Of a DNA stretch of 64,000 nucleotides, positions 1 to 33,600 are shown in pieces. The position numbers and the translations under genes were made by a program. The notes below the pieces were generated by a model, which ran no database searches, was not told the DNA's origin, and worked only from the letters and a program-made list of their open reading frames with translations. This stretch comes from Bugula neritina (Eukaryota > Animalia > Bryozoa): NCBI GenBank assembly GCA_964035545.1, contig OZ037769.1, positions 16,274,633 to 16,338,632 of the forward strand, written 5' to 3'. Position 1 is the stretch's first letter. Each line of letters opens with the position of its first letter.

Positions 1-3000
1 AAATCAAGGCACATTCAGAAGCTTGCTAATATATTTCTTTTGAAGCTATTGCAATTAAAGAGTAATTTGTAGTGTAACTGCTGCATTTCTAGCCAACAAA
101 AAGTTTCAATAGCTTATAAAAGGCTAGACAACATGGTTTTCAAATTTTGTTTTAGTACACATAGCTTCAGGTTTTTTAAGAAGCACTATTTTATATATTA
201 GCAACTGTGAAAGATATAGTTAGGGGTTGCTCTTATTTGTGCTCCGTAAAGCATTTAAAAAAAGAACTCAGATATGGGTTTGAGAAGAAAGAGCATATAA
301 TTAGTAGCCTTACATTCAGCTTTAACTCAATATATTTTACTGAAGCGTTGAGTTAATCGCTATAGACTTTAGAGCATATGAAAGTGTACTAGCCGACTGT
401 TTTGTGTGCACTATAGCAAAGAATCACAGTTCAAAGTACATTTTCAGATATAAATGATTGTGAAAAATATATTCTAATTGGTTTAATCTTATCATATATT
501 ACAAGTCTCTTTGTTATGTAAATTCAAATAGAATACTATAATTATTTTGAAATAAATATTAAAAAATTATCAGCCTATTGTGCATTAGTACTTCAAATAA
601 TATTAGCAATGACAAAAATATTAGTAGGACATTTTGTTCTCATATGATGCATCATGAAGATGAAGTGCAGAAAATGTGCTAATATTCTTAAGATTAGTTT
701 AAAGCAATGATTGATTACAAACAGTGCTCTCAAATTGCTATCTATATAACTGTTCAAAGAATCACCGAGGTAGACTTTTAAGAAATCTGCAAAATACTGT
801 ACCTATACGGTTGATTTAATGAAAGGAATAGCTAGTAAAACTTCAAAAATAAGCCTTTGAAGCAAATCGTTTAGCATCTGGTAAATAGAAGTGCATACTT
901 GGCCTTTTTTTTTAGTATAATACCTATATAGTGGTGCTATCTATCCAATTGTTTTTTATTAAAAGACTTTAGAACATATAGCTAGTTTAGAAATTAGTTT
1001 TATCTTGCTTATTTGTCCGAATTATAGTAGGTATATGCATGGTAGCTAAATGAACTTAACACACATATTTTTTAATACAGGAAAATACTATAGATATTAG
1101 ATATTACAGTATAAACTGGCTGCAATCAAATTGAGTAATTTTTAAAATAAAATATACATTATACGTTTCATTCATTCTTTAAGTATACAATATAGGCTTA
1201 TAATAATTTGAGGCAACTTTTAATTAATTATTTATATCTGTATTTTGTCAACTAACTGCTATTCTATTTTTGCTATTACAATATTTTACTTCACTTGCTT
1301 ATTGAATGACGTGCAATTTCTTTTTCAAAGTACTTGTTTTTACAGTTTAAAACTATATACACTTGGTTCAATTTAATTAAACTTTTCCTGTTATATAAAA
1401 AAATATATATATACAACTTTCATTACCTAAACAAAATATAAGAATAAGCAAAACATCAACAAATGTAATGAGGATGATACAGGGTGCACTTCGAATTATT
1501 AGACATGAAAATCCTTATTCGATTTTAAAAAGGAAATACATAACATAGGAAATTGAAGTGTAATTTTTTTTATTTTGAATGCATGGCTATATCAGTTCCT
1601 TACAGAGAGTAATGGCATAGTGTGAATAGAAGTTGAAAAATAATTTTTTTTTAACTGAAATTGTTGGATAATTAATTATAGCAGACAAAGTAGAACAAAA
1701 CCAATTGAGTTTCTATACTTTGCATAGTACAAATGTAATATAGCTTTTATTACTCAAAAAGTAAAAATGAGAAGACAATTTCAAAGTAAAAATAATATGA
1801 TATATTCTGATAACAGAGGGGGCTCTGTTTATAGGCCCCCTATGGTATCGAAATATACCAAATGCATATAAGCCCCCTATGAGCAGCCCCCTATGAAACC
1901 ACATTTAAGAATATATAAATTTGAAATTAATTTCCAATTTTTAGATTTTAGACTTTTCTAATACAAAAAAATCCAAGGATTTCAAAAATAATACTTTCGT
2001 AAGCATTTGATGATTCCTTCAGCTCTAAAATTGCATTTAAAGTTGGTAACTAAGGCTTTCAATTTTTTAAATGATGAAAAAATTGCGAAGTTATCAATTA
2101 AAGAAAGAAGACAATTTTAGTTATTTTCATAGCGTGAGATCTTGCAAATTTATTTTTATCAAATAAATTTAGCTTACACCCCTCTCTTCGTATTGTCAGA
2201 AGCATCATATTTAAAATTGAAGGCTAGTTTTAGTTTTTCATCGTGTTCCATCCAAAGTTAGCTTTTAAGTTACTGAGCTGTTTTGCCCTTTGGTGATAAA
2301 TGCTGAACTTAATCTTTATCTTTAGCGTTCAAGCTTGAAAACCACAACAATACAGGTAATTATACTCAAAACAATCATTTACGCTACTAACTTAGAATTG
2401 TTGCCAGGATTATTTGTAGTTATCAATTTAATAATACTTATACTATGACTATCACTAGGAGTAGGAGTATCAGTATGTCTTAGTCTATTCCATTGACTAT
2501 TCTATACTACTACTACTACTACTACTACTACTATTACTACTACTAGTAACTATTTGAATGATTCTCACTATGATTCACAGTTTGAGGTACGATTACTCAT
2601 AATGATAATCATAGTGAATATTATTCATGATCTACTGATAGTGATACTGGTACTTGGTAGTAAAACCAAATGTAGCTCATTAATGATTAATATTAATACT
2701 AATAGTAATACTAATAGTATAACTATAAGTATAAGTAATTAATAATTATAAATTCACTATTACTATTAGTATTACTGTATTAGTATTTGAGTCTGACTCT
2801 GAGTTTCGCCTTCGCTCTTAAAACTTGATGTTGATACTCATACTGATAGTATTATATTTATTGATTTATTCTATAGTTAATATTTCAATTTACATTAGAC
2901 TTACTCTTAGTCTTAGTAACTTTTAGCCTCTGTCTTAGATTTTTTCAACACAGTAACTAATTACTATTACTATTAGTATTAACATTAGATCTACTACTAC

Positions 3001-4904
3001 TAGTACTAGTCAAACTACTGGTTCCTTTTGTGATTTTTAAATTAGCTCAAAGTTTGATTTAAAATATAATGATAAAACCTTTATCACATTATGCAGGCTT
3101 ACAGTTAGTGTTACTGTTAAAACTTAATTGATAATCATATTTATATTGATAAAAGCATCACCTATAACCAAATTAAAATGATAAATGTGACTAAATGTAA
3201 ATGAGTATAATGATGAAATCTTAATGCAAGTTCGTGATGATTCTATAGTTGACTGACTTAGTTTTTCAGTAAGTTACTTTTAGTCTTATTTAGTGAGTAG
3301 TAACACTAACTGAATGCATAAATAGTCTAAACTTTTTAATTTTATTATAAGATGAGCAAAAATTTATTTATATTTTAAAGTAATTTATTGAATTCAAATT
3401 GATTTTATAGTAAAAGTCTTTAATAGATTCAGTTGCACTTAGCTAGCGTTTTTTACTCAATTAAATGCCTATCTAAAGACATTGCTTCAAAATTGCCAAT
3501 TGCATATATGCTAGATATTCAAGTGCATAATGTGTAATTTTACTGATAATACTATGTTAATATAGAATAATCCGATATTCTGTACATTTTAGAAAGTGGA
3601 CTTGTGAGGGCATTAGAGTGAAGACTTATACCTACACAACTCTACTACCTATCAATCTAATACTTCTAATGTAGACACTCTGAATTTTGGCTTGCAAGGT
3701 TATGGCTTCTGCTTATTTCATTCATAAAAAGGTTTGCAGTCTTTTAATGATGTGCTTGAAAATTATCAATAATTTTTTTGATTCAAATTGTTCTGTTGAA
3801 CTCAATAAATTTAAACGTTAATGAAATGCAGGATCACAATTAACTGCTGCCATAATAGTACCACAAGAGTGTTTAGCCAACTAAATTTTTATAATATAAC
3901 TGGGTATTATTTCTAATCAAGCTACCGTTTCCTTTTGTTACTTAAAAGAAGTCAAAATTGTACTTTCAGCTCTGGAATAGACAATAAGTGGGTAGATTGG
4001 CAGGATGGATGTCAAATAGCAGCATCTATAATTGCTAGAAAATCAGCTGATGATAGTGATGAAGCTTTTGCCACATACATGATGTTATGTGTCCATACTT
4101 CGTAAACTCATATTATGAAGACCAAGGAAGTAGAAAGATGATAAGTGCCTTCTTTGCAAAAGCCGTAGAAGCTACCTAATTTTCTTTTCTTGATAAAAGT
4201 TAATTCAAGCATAATGGTTGTATCCAGGCTGGATTTTTTACTGCATTTAATTGGTTTTTAAAATAATGTATTTAATGTTTTAAATGTGAATATTAATGCC
4301 TAATAAAACTCAAAAGTTCTAATAGCTGATTTTATGTTTATATTTTCAACATCTCAGCCAAATCAATTGCTAAAATTAGTTGCCGTTAGAGATTATAAAG
4401 ATATTTATGAATGAACCTCGCATGATCGCATAATAGTCAAATAATTTTCTCATAAGTGTTCTCCTCATTAAGCAATAATTATGAAACAGCACAGCTCAAT
4501 AGCTGCAGTTTGATATATTACACAATATATTAGAGGAGAGAAAGATATTCAATGTATAACAGGAAGCAGCTGCCATTTTGTTTTATATGACTTCCTGCTG
4601 ACTTGGATGTCTAATTTAAATATCTCAACACACAAACTTGCTGAAACATCCTCTTGTTTGCTGGAATTGTTAAACCTTTCAACCATTAAACAAAGTAAAA
4701 AGCAAATTGACAAATAAATTAGACAAAAAGTTTGGCGGCCATATTTGACCTAATTAACATGTTGAGGCAGCATGAAATTTAGTTTAACAGAAAGCCCAAA
4801 CTTTCACAATTATTTTGATACCAAATTTGTCACTATTTCTTTTATACAAAGACCCGTTGCTAAGGCTTGTAAATTGTAAACAAATAATTCTCAACTTATT
4901 CTAG

Positions 4905-5119
4905 AGTTGCCAACTTTAAACGCGATTTTCTCGAAACAGTAATTTAGAAATTCTAAAAACGTTAAAGTTTTTAAATACTGATATCTCGAGTTCTATTTGT
5001 GCTAGAGACGTCAAATAAAGTGCAAAATGTTTGAAAAAGTCTGCTCTATCACTCCATAATGATAATTAGGTTTTCAACATTTTATATACATCCCTTGTTT
5101 TGTGGTGCCAGGTCACATA
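4905..5119. mobile_element. Possible terminus of a DNA transposon remnant in an ABCB6 intron
   Basis: Motifs resembling transposon subterminal sequence (AAACGCGATTTTCTCGAAAC, GATATCTCGAG), ending in GTGCCAGGTCACATAT. I found no partner end in the window. Confidence 0.3.
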
Positions 5120-5170
5120 TATACCTGTATACTCTATATATATACCTGTATACTCTATATATATTGCCAG

Positions 5171-7765
5171 GAACATACAAGCCGCCCTTGTTGACATGGA
5201 GAATATGCTGGAACTGCTAAACGTGGACCAGGATGTCAAGGACTTAGCTAAGGCTCCCGAAATCAACCTACAACGTGGAGAAATTGAATTTAAAGATGTC
5301 TTCTTCCACTACCAGCCCAGGTAAGTGCATGTGAACCAATGTGGGTGCAGGTGAACCAAGGTGACTGCAGGTGAACCAAGGTGGGTGCAGGTGATCCGAG
5401 GTGAGTGCAGGTGAACCGAGGTGAATGCAGGTGAACCAACGTTAGCAAAAATCAAATATATGCTTTTTTTTCTAAATTGAAACTTGCTTATTTCTTCAAG
5501 TGTGTGCTGAACTTATGTTCACCCAAATCAGCAAATATTTCTTCATTTATTTGTCATTTTTGTTATGAAGGCATCACATTTTTGGATGGAATCATTTAGA
5601 TAAAATTAACTCTTTATATAATTTCCTATTATATTTGTAAGTTGGAGTAATGGTTTAGTGATGCATCCTCAGTATTACATGTCACCACCTGTCATGTCTT
5701 GTCTTGCAGTAAGCCAGTGCTGAATGGCATCAGCTTCAAGGTGCCCGCAGGTGAAACCTATGCCCTCGTAGGTACAAGTGGAGCTGGAAAGAGTTCCATT
5801 ATCAGACTATTATTTAGATTCTATGACATCCAGCAGGGAGAGATTCTAATAGATGGTCAGAACATTGCAATGGTACGTCTAGTGATTTATACCAGTCAAT
5901 GTGAATATGCTAATTTTACTGTAGAATAGAGTATTTTTCATTGTTTTAATTCTGGAGACTTAATTTCAATTTTGCTTACAAGTAGTTTCAATATCTTGAC
6001 TTCTGGCAATCTTAGATGTGGTGTGTATGCTTGCGTAATATGTTTATCTGGAATTTACTGTGTTGTCAGAAGCCTATTACATCATAAGGCCTTGATGAAA
6101 TTATTTCCCTCTTGTAACATGTATCAAACGTTATTAGTTTAAGGTAGCTCATATCTATGGTTTCCTAATTACTCCTAACTGTGCGTCTCTTGGTGATATG
6201 CAGTTGCTATGTAACCAATGAAAACAACTTTGTGTTGGTAGTTAACCAATGAAAACAGTGCTATGTTGCTGGGTAACCAATGAAAACAACTTTGTGTTGC
6301 TAGGTAACCCAAAACTCACTTAGAAAGCAAATAGGCATTGTACCTCAAGACACAGTGCTCTTCCACTCTGATATAAAGTACAACATAGCATACGGCAATA
6401 CGGCATCAACTGAGAAGCAAATAGTTGCTGCCGCCAATGCTGCTGACGTACACGACAAAATAGTCTCTTTCCCACAAGGTAACCCGGTATCTTTCACTTT
6501 CATATATGTATTCTCGATCGGGAAAGAGAATTCTTCTTCCCTTTTGTATGTATTTTGCTGACAGAAGTTTAATTAGCGTAGTTTTGATATCTTGGCCAAT
6601 TTGTATAAGATAGTGTTAGATTTGGTTATACATTCTGGCTGGTTTTCAGGATAGGATGTGATGGTGGGAGAGAGAGGTCTCGGTTAGTGGAGGGAGGAAG
6701 CTGATAGCTCTCATTACATGTACTTTACTCAAAATAGTTAAACATTTTATTATATATAAGTTGTTTCTCTTATCATATACTCGTAATCTGCCAAATACCC
6801 ACTAGGCGACCAATTTTCCTACTCATAGCCTGTGTTCTTGCATGTCTTGTTGTCGCATTGAAGTAACTTGGGTTTTTGATGCAACAAAACTCATTGTGAT
6901 TGACTCACAGGGTATGAGACGGTGGTTGGAGAGAGAGGTCTAAAGTTGAGTGGAGGAGAAAAGCAGAGAGTGGCTATTGCACGAACTCTACTTAAAAACC
7001 CTCAAATCATTTTATTGGATGAGGTTAGAGCAATCAGCCTATCACAAACTTCGTTACTTTATTAATTGAATATTCGGTTTTACATAGAAATCCTTGACCT
7101 TTTCATTACTCATCTGTAGGCCACGTCTGCACTAGATACTCACACAGAAAGAAATATCCTCAGATCTTTTGAGAAAATTTGTGCCAATAGAACGACTTTA
7201 GTTGTGGCTCACAGGCTATCCACTATAATACACGCCCACCAAATCTTAGTCTTAGATCAAGGAGTGGTGAAAGAGAGGGGCACGTATGTATTTTACAATT
7301 TACTCACGCTGTAAGAAGCTCCTATTAAGTATCTAAATCTTATTCCAAAAGTTATGGATGTTATACAACTAATAGTATAAGGTAGGTGCAGCAAATTGAG
7401 AAAAGCCTGTGTTCTAGGTTACAAGATATTATGTTCTCAATTCTATCTCAATTTCTCCACTACTGCACCTAAATGAATAAAAGACTGAAGCTATTCTTTA
7501 CTAAGAAAAGTACAAATACTGTTGAGTGCTGGCTGGGTAAGCTATGCTGTGTTTTGAGGTGTCGACTAACAATTACCATAATTCAGCTGAGTCTATGTCA
7601 TGTGGTTACAGTCACGAGGAGCTGCTGACATCTGGTGGAATATATTGCACCATGTGGACGGAGCAGCAGAAGAGTCGAGAAAAAGAGGAAAGCAATTCCG
7701 AATCACTCAATGCTGCTTCTTGGTCACCCAGTGATTTGACAGTGTCAGTCAACAATGAGTCATAA
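5171..7765 (+). CDS. ABCB6: ABCB6/HMT-1-like half ABC transporter, 3' part (nucleotide-binding domain); 5' exons lie upstream of the window
   Basis: Phase-consistent GT-AG exons: 5171-5320, 5710-5872, 6304-6478, 6911-7023, 7120-7283, 7612-7765 (TAA). Motifs: Walker [10 protein letters not shown]-loop IGIVPQD, signature LSGGEKQR, Walker [27 protein letters not shown]. The last motif resembles ABCB6 more than ABCB7. Confidence 0.9.
5321..5439 (+). repeat. 20-bp minisatellite x6 starting at an ABCB6 splice donor
   Basis: Unit GTGAGTGCAGGTGAACCAAG; the first copy is the real donor, GTAAGTGCAT. Confidence 0.9.
6203..6309 (+). repeat. 31-bp tandem copies of an ABCB6 acceptor junction
   Basis: (G/T)TAACC occurs at 6211, 6242, 6273 and 6304; the last is the real exon start. 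Confidence 0.9.
6650..6705 (+). pseudogene. Dead duplicate (pseudo-exon) of ABCB6 exon 6911-7023
   Basis: TTTTCAG|GATAGGATGTGATGGTGGGAGAGAGAGGTCTC aligns to CACAG|GGTATGAGACGGTGGTTGGAGAGAGAGGTCTA ([10 protein letters not shown] vs [11 protein letters not shown]). It carries an in-frame TAG and indels. Confidence 0.75.
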
Positions 7766-9386
7766 TGATCAGTTGTAACTCATGGTAGTTAGTAATGACT
7801 TGCAGTAGCCAGTAGTGACTTATGGTAGCTAGTAGTAACTCACAGTAAACGGTAGTGATTGAGTCATAGTGAATAGTGCTCACTATTAATCACTAAAATA
7901 TTTACTAGGAATTAATAACTAGTTATTAATTCACTGAGAATTATTTCATGAGCTAGTAATTCACTAGTTAGTACTTGACTAATTAAGTTATTTAATAAAT
8001 TACTAGTAAGTAATTAACTAGTTTGTAATTCATAGTAAATTAAAATTTGCTTCACATTGTCATGAGCCACTTTTGATCCCACTAATCATCAGTTATTAAT
8101 CACTGTGGGGCCAATATTTAATTACAATTAGTAATCAATAATCAATCTTATTAAGGTGCAGCTTTATGTAGTTATTATTGTCTATTTAATTATTTTAGTT
8201 TTATTTGTGCAGTTTTTTCATAAATTATTTAAGTTGCCAAAGCTAAGTTATACTCCCTCTACTTACTGCGTGCATTTATACTCTGTATAGTATCATCTTT
8301 GTTTGCCAAAATCAATCAGCTTTAAAATTCCACCACTTGCATATTTCAAGAAGTTTTGTAAACATATTGTTCAACTAATATTATTTTGTATAACCATTAT
8401 TTCATGTCTGTCCATTTACAAATTTGCTTTTCACAAACCAATGGCCGTCTTCTGTACACTGAAAAATTAATCAACGGGTTGCAATGTTGTAATTACTAAT
8501 AAATGTGATGCATAACTATCTTCTCTCGTGTCACAGACCATGCTGTGCTCTCAACAGTTACGGTTCAAGATGGCATCTAATTAGATGGCTAAAGCTGCAA
8601 GGGTCTAGAGATTTTGTGTCAAGTTCTAACCGGATTCTAGACCTGTGGAAATACAATAGCCATATTTAAATATCAGCACAGGCAAGTGGGTTTAAATTGA
8701 AAATCTAGTTTTCGAACTAAAGCCATTCTATTGTTTCATCTTGCCGACGTAACAAGAAAGGTAACTAAAATGCACCCAGTACATTATATATATTATAATG
8801 ATGGTGAAAATAATGAAAGGTTGTATTGATACAGTTGAAACTTGCACGAAGAACATATCACGACTCACAATAGAAAATCCTGGCTACATCAAAGAATGTA
8901 CAAAAATATAACAATAAGCCTGGGTTACAATAACAGCAGCTTTCACATTGGAACTGAATAAATGTGTTATGTACAGAGAAGGCAACTTCAAAAGGGTTCA
9001 TAAGACTAAGTAACGTAGACTGTGATATGTCCTCTGAGTATAGAAATTATGTCAATATATTAGTACACTGTAAAAGGGGAGCTAACCTAGTCGGAGCAAA
9101 AGAATAAAAGATTTGAAGCACCATTAACTGAGCAGGAAAGTCTAAGAGTAAAGTGTCGGCTACTCAGTGTAAAGTAGAGTATATAGAGTTAGTTTAAGAT
9201 ACTAAGGCTAGTATATAGAACTCGGGTTTATAAACCTATACTGACTATAGATAGTCAGTTTAAATCATTCATCACAATATCTTAGGCTAAAATTCGCAGG
9301 ACACAAACTTATAACTATATTGAGTATCAAACTGGGTCAGTGTCCAGTATAGTGAGCGGAGACAATTAATCTAATGGAACAGCTAC

Positions 9387-28164
<18,778 letters not shown>

Positions 28165-29922
28165 CTTCAGCTACAGAAGGAAAAGGTTGCTATTATAATA
28201 CACAGGAACAACAATTTGAGACGATAAATTTAATATAAAAACAATGAGATAAAAAGTAGCAGATAAGGGAAAAAATTGGAATTGGAATTAAACATGACAG
28301 CTGGCTAATGAGTCATAGTAGAAAACTAGAAGCAACTCTTAATATATGTGAGATATTATATATATATGAGAGAGAGATTATATATATATATATATACGAG
28401 AGAGATAAGGACCACTTGCTGTTTATCAGCGGAGAATATGCTATAAAGTACGTAGCATTGTTAGGGACGTTGATAAACCACTCCAACAACTCAAGCTGGA
28501 GAAACTTGGCTATCAGATCAATATAAATATTGACTTGTCATTATATTCGGTAATGTATGCCTAATGCTAGCCAATTGACAAATTCCTATATACTATCAAT
28601 TCCTCTTGTCAGGTGTTTGTTCAAATTGAAATTGGATTGTAAATACTCAAGTTTAAGTAGATCTAAAACCAACCATATTTCATTAATGAAATAGCAAAAT
28701 GATAGCCTTAAGGTCTTTGAATTGATGAATACCAAAACATCATATGGTGGGTAGAATTATCACGAAACAAACATACATTAATTAAGCAAGTTTGCAACAA
28801 TTAAAATTATATTTATTAAACAGTTATATTTTCATTGACTGGCTCTACTGGTAGAGCTTAATGGACAGGTAAAAACAATGGTCAATAATAGACCATTTAC
28901 AATGACAGTAATACTGTTGGGTTTTAAAATTATCAACTCACCAGTTAATAATCACAAATTGATACTATAACATCTTTATTGTGTGAACACTATAAGACTG
29001 AGTATGAGTATAAATATTTAAATTATTCTCTATAAATATTACTATCAGCTTTAGCATATGACAAGAAATAAAGAACCAAGGCAAGTATAAAATTAATTTA
29101 TTTCTATTATCAATTTTTGGCCTTTGTGAATATACTTACATAACTATTAATATTTACACTTACAGTAGCCTATATACTATATAACATAGCAGTAAATGTA
29201 ATTCTTACCCTAGTACCAGGTTGTTGTTACAATCATAGTATAACTAATAGTAATACTAATAAACTATTTCAATTTGAGACCAAGTGGAACAGCTATTTCT
29301 ATGCTATAGCGGCTATAGTATAGCCTATTGCAGTTTTAAAACTATTACCTATATAAACTATAATCATAATGCATTCACAAGAAAACTAATTTTAAGTATA
29401 AAAGTAAAATAATTACTATTAGTCATTAATAATTAGTGAAACACTGAGAGTGACTGTGAGTAAAAGTGAAGCTTAAAGGCAAATAACCTTAACTTATAAG
29501 CAAAACTAAATTCAAACTTGGGCCAATAGTAATACTTATACAATTTACAAGTACCAATATGAATAAAAATATTAATAATAAATAATTACAATAAACATAA
29601 TATTACTATTACTATTAGTTATACCAATATTATTAATTTAATAACTTACTTAATACTAATAGTAATACTAATACTAATAGTAATACTAATAGTAATAGTA
29701 ATAGTAATACTAATAGTAGTAATAGTTAGTTTTACTATAACTATTAGTAACTGTGTAAGTGTTAGTGTAACTCTAACAGTAAGAGTTACAGTAACTGTAA
29801 GTTAAATAGTTTTATTAATAATAATATTAATATTAATATTATAATAAATATAATAATAATCATTAATATTATTATTATTATATTTGTTCTTTATTACTCA
29901 AGAAATACAATTTTTTACTTAC

Positions 29923-30120
29923 CTTATCTGTGTGTAATGCTACGATTAAAATCCTTAGTGTTGCATTATGATTAATTAACAACTTTATTTAGCAACTGCT
30001 GTTATACAGACAATCCTAGCAGCCAACACCATAGAGAAAAACGCTGCCTTCGTGATACCTAAACACGACGGCACTAGTTTCGCTTTCTCATGCGGCGGAA
30101 ACAAGGCCGAGCCCTCATGT
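29923..30120 (-). promoter_or_regulatory. Probable 5'-UTR first exon and promoter of TANC
   Basis: AG|GTAAGT donor at 29922. A CpG-containing patch at about 30040-30190 sits in very AT-rich DNA. The RING exon has its acceptor only 6 nt upstream of the ATG, so an upstream non-coding exon is required. Confidence 0.45.
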
Positions 30121-30667
30121 AGACTAGTTTTTAGTTCGCAAATAAAACTCGGTCAACCATGAATAAGGTCCGGGAACCACGAAGGTCGTAAGACTTTATT
30201 AAGTATGTAAGAGTTGTCTATTTGTAAAACATTGAGAAAACAATCCTTAAAAACATAACAAAAATGCTTAGTATATGCTGCATAAGATTAATAATTAATA
30301 TACTTTATATATTGAAACATATTTTGCATCTGCTAAAATTCAAAAAGATATTTAGGCAAAACTTGAATTTATTTTGCTAAGTTAGACCAGCTAGTGATAA
30401 CATCAATATATTTGTTGTGTCATTAATTACAAAAGAAGAAACAAAAAGGAGAGAAAGCTTTGAGTTTAATATATATTTTGAAAGTTTCATTTATTTTATG
30501 TTGTTAGCTTTATTTAATTGTATTTTGCTAAACTAAGAAAAATTAAATAAGTAATTCCAAGCTTGCTTATCTGTCATGCTAGTTCAGTGTTTAAGCTCAT
30601 TAGAACCATTCAAATATACTACCTCTTCAATAATAAGTTGTGTACTCAAACTTCATAGGAAAACTAA

Positions 30668-33600
30668 TAGTCTAGAAGTAACCTCCAATTATCTTTCACT
30701 CATTACACTTCGAGGGGTGGCCACGCAATTTTTTTAGAAATAGAAAGTTTGAAGGGTCCTAATTAATCTGTAAAAACTCTAGACAGTTCTGTGCACCCAG
30801 TTAGCCACAAAAGCGCTTCAAACTTTTAAAATCAATCAGGAGTTGTTTTCTCTTAACGTTTTTGTGAATCGGCTAAATATTTTGGAATTATTCAAGCTAA
30901 TTTATTTTATATAAGCAAAATAAATTTGCTAATAATTATAGATATTTTTTTCACTTTTCTTTTATAAAAACTCTAAATTTTTCTGTTCACCCGGTTAGTC
31001 ACAAAAACTCTTTTAAATGTTACAGGAGTTGTTTCCCCACAACTTTGTCCAAATCCATTAAATATTATCTTGAAATTATTGAAGCTAGTTTATTATATAT
31101 ACAAGCAAAAACTTTTGCAGATAATCATAGATGTGTTTTTCACTTCTCTGAGTTTGTTTCTAGTGATTTTCTTGTGAAAAAATCTGAAAAAAGTGGATTA
31201 TTTGGACGAAAACAAGCAAAGGAATGGGTTTATCAGTTATAAGGCAAACATTATTATTGATCAGCTATAAAAAAGGCGAATTATAAGTAAAGCTGTGTCT
31301 GATAATGATTTTCTTCACCAGTTTTATTATATATTAACTACTTTTACAAAAAAGTAATGAGAAGCATGAGCTGGTTGATCTGGACTCCGGAAGATAATAT
31401 TTTAAATGTGTACAATTGAGCTTTGCTAATAAATTTAGGCTGAACTATATATATATACATAAGCAATTTGGTTTTTAAAACAATGCTATTGGTTAAAATG
31501 CATATTTTTATACTATCTTGATATAATGACTATAGAGCCAATTTATCTCAGTTATAGTTACAGAAGAAATACCCTAAAGCTTTCCTATAATGTTTAATAT
31601 ATATGGTTATATTTAGACCACCCATTAGAAAAATGATCTTGGGCTGCCTCATTCAAAGATCATAGGCATGTACTTTTTTCATGTGTGCCATTTGTTACAA
31701 AAATAATAATTTCTTATCAGCAAATAAAATAAGCTGAGTTTGAGACTGGTGCATTTTTGTGTGAAACATGGAGTAAAAATATTTTAGAGAACAATATTGT
31801 TATTATAGTTGATGCATACCAAAAAAAATTGCGTTCGCTACAATTTTACCAAACATGGTGGAATTCCTTAGGAAGCACAACTCAAATGTTTACAATTAGA
31901 TCACGAGGAAGCAGATACACAAACTTTGTTACATGCAAAATATCTTATGAACATCATAATCTCACGTGTAATAATCAAATCTCAATCTTTCATCCTAAGT
32001 CTCGCTATTTGCAAAACATTACCTTCTTACCAATTATTTTTTTTCACTGGTGTGGTAATCATGGTGTCATGCCAGATAGAGGCTAGACTAAATTTCCTAC
32101 TTAGACGCTAGTTATTTATTTTGGTAAAATGTATTTTCATGTGCAACCTATTTTAATATTATTGAAATATATGTATATTTAAATAAACTTGGATCAATTG
32201 CTTGTTATTTAGCACGTAAATAAATTCCTTTGATTTGCATTAACTTATTAATTTTGTATATTTTATACATCTTGTCTGTTGTTTAAAAATATAATATTTT
32301 GCTAATAAGTATCCATTAAAGATAGTGTCTATTATTAATGTATTACTATATTAGTATTAGTATTAGTATTAGTATATGTATTAGCTACATATAGCTATTA
32401 GCATATTAGCAATCAATTCATCAGTTATATAGGTAATATTAATATATATGGTAACAAAATAAAAACCGCGTCTCGCTGGGAGGAAACCATAATCATATTA
32501 GATATTTGGATGTCAACATTGCAGCAAATAAATCCAAACCGCAGTTGTGTGCAGCACTTGGTAGAGTTCATGCTTTAACAGGTTTTTATTCGACTATAGT
32601 GCTTTTTATGGAAAAGGATAGCGCACAGCCTACTCTTTTTTGAGAAAATTCCCATAATGTATGGGAAACTTTGAACACCTTACATAGGAAGTATTTTAAG
32701 CTGTAAGCCATTACAGCGGCTGAAGTAGAACAATTAGTCTATAAGCTTTATGGAGCAGGAAATCCATATATAGATAATGTCTGATACACTAAAATAACTT
32801 AATAGAGTTTGCCTCCAACAAAAGATGAATTAAATTTGCATGTAAAAAGAGCAAATTATCAGGCAGCCATTTGGAGAAGAGTGACAACAGCCTATATTGA
32901 TGCACTACCCCCAGAACATTATGAAAAGATTGTTGAGAATCATGGCAACATAAATATAAAGTGGATGATTCAAGCTTCCGTACCTGAACATGTATATTGC
33001 AAAGTTTAAACTGCTCCTGTAAGACCAGCTGAACATATCAAGATATGGATGTCAGAAGTCTCAAATGCAGTGCATACACTGATGTTTGTCAATGTAAGGA
33101 TTGTCTGAAAAGAAGCGCTATATTGGGGAAGAAGCTGATGAGACTGATGGCAGTGACAATGGTGACGAGAATACTTTTTCATAATAAAGCACTATTTTTA
33201 GACATTTGTTATATATTTTGCTGCAACCAATTTAATTTTGATAATCTCTCATGCTTCTGTTCTTCTAAATAATTTTACAAAATCTTGTTGATTTTTGCAG
33301 ACGTTTAACGGCTACCCACAGACTATATAGCAAATGGTTCACTTGGGCTGAGCTCAAAAGATTTCAATATTTATTCATTTCAACATTTACTTTGTACTAT
33401 AATTTTATAAATATAGTTTTTTCACACATCAGCATGACTTTGTTTTTATTTTTGTATAAATAGCTTGGTCATACATGATTATTCTGCATGCTTATGCCTC
33501 ATGCAATATATGTCGATTCATAACAAACACATATGTTTATATAAACAACTTGGTTATAATTTAAGATAGCCTCTTGCAGTCTTTAAATTCAGTATCAGCA

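Noticed and set aside
1-4900. Genes in the first 5 kb (ORFs at 1713 and 2554, and a broken frame near 4005-4140)
   Set aside because: The region is AT-rich with no recognisable domains. It is most simply a long ABCB6 intron containing decayed repeats.
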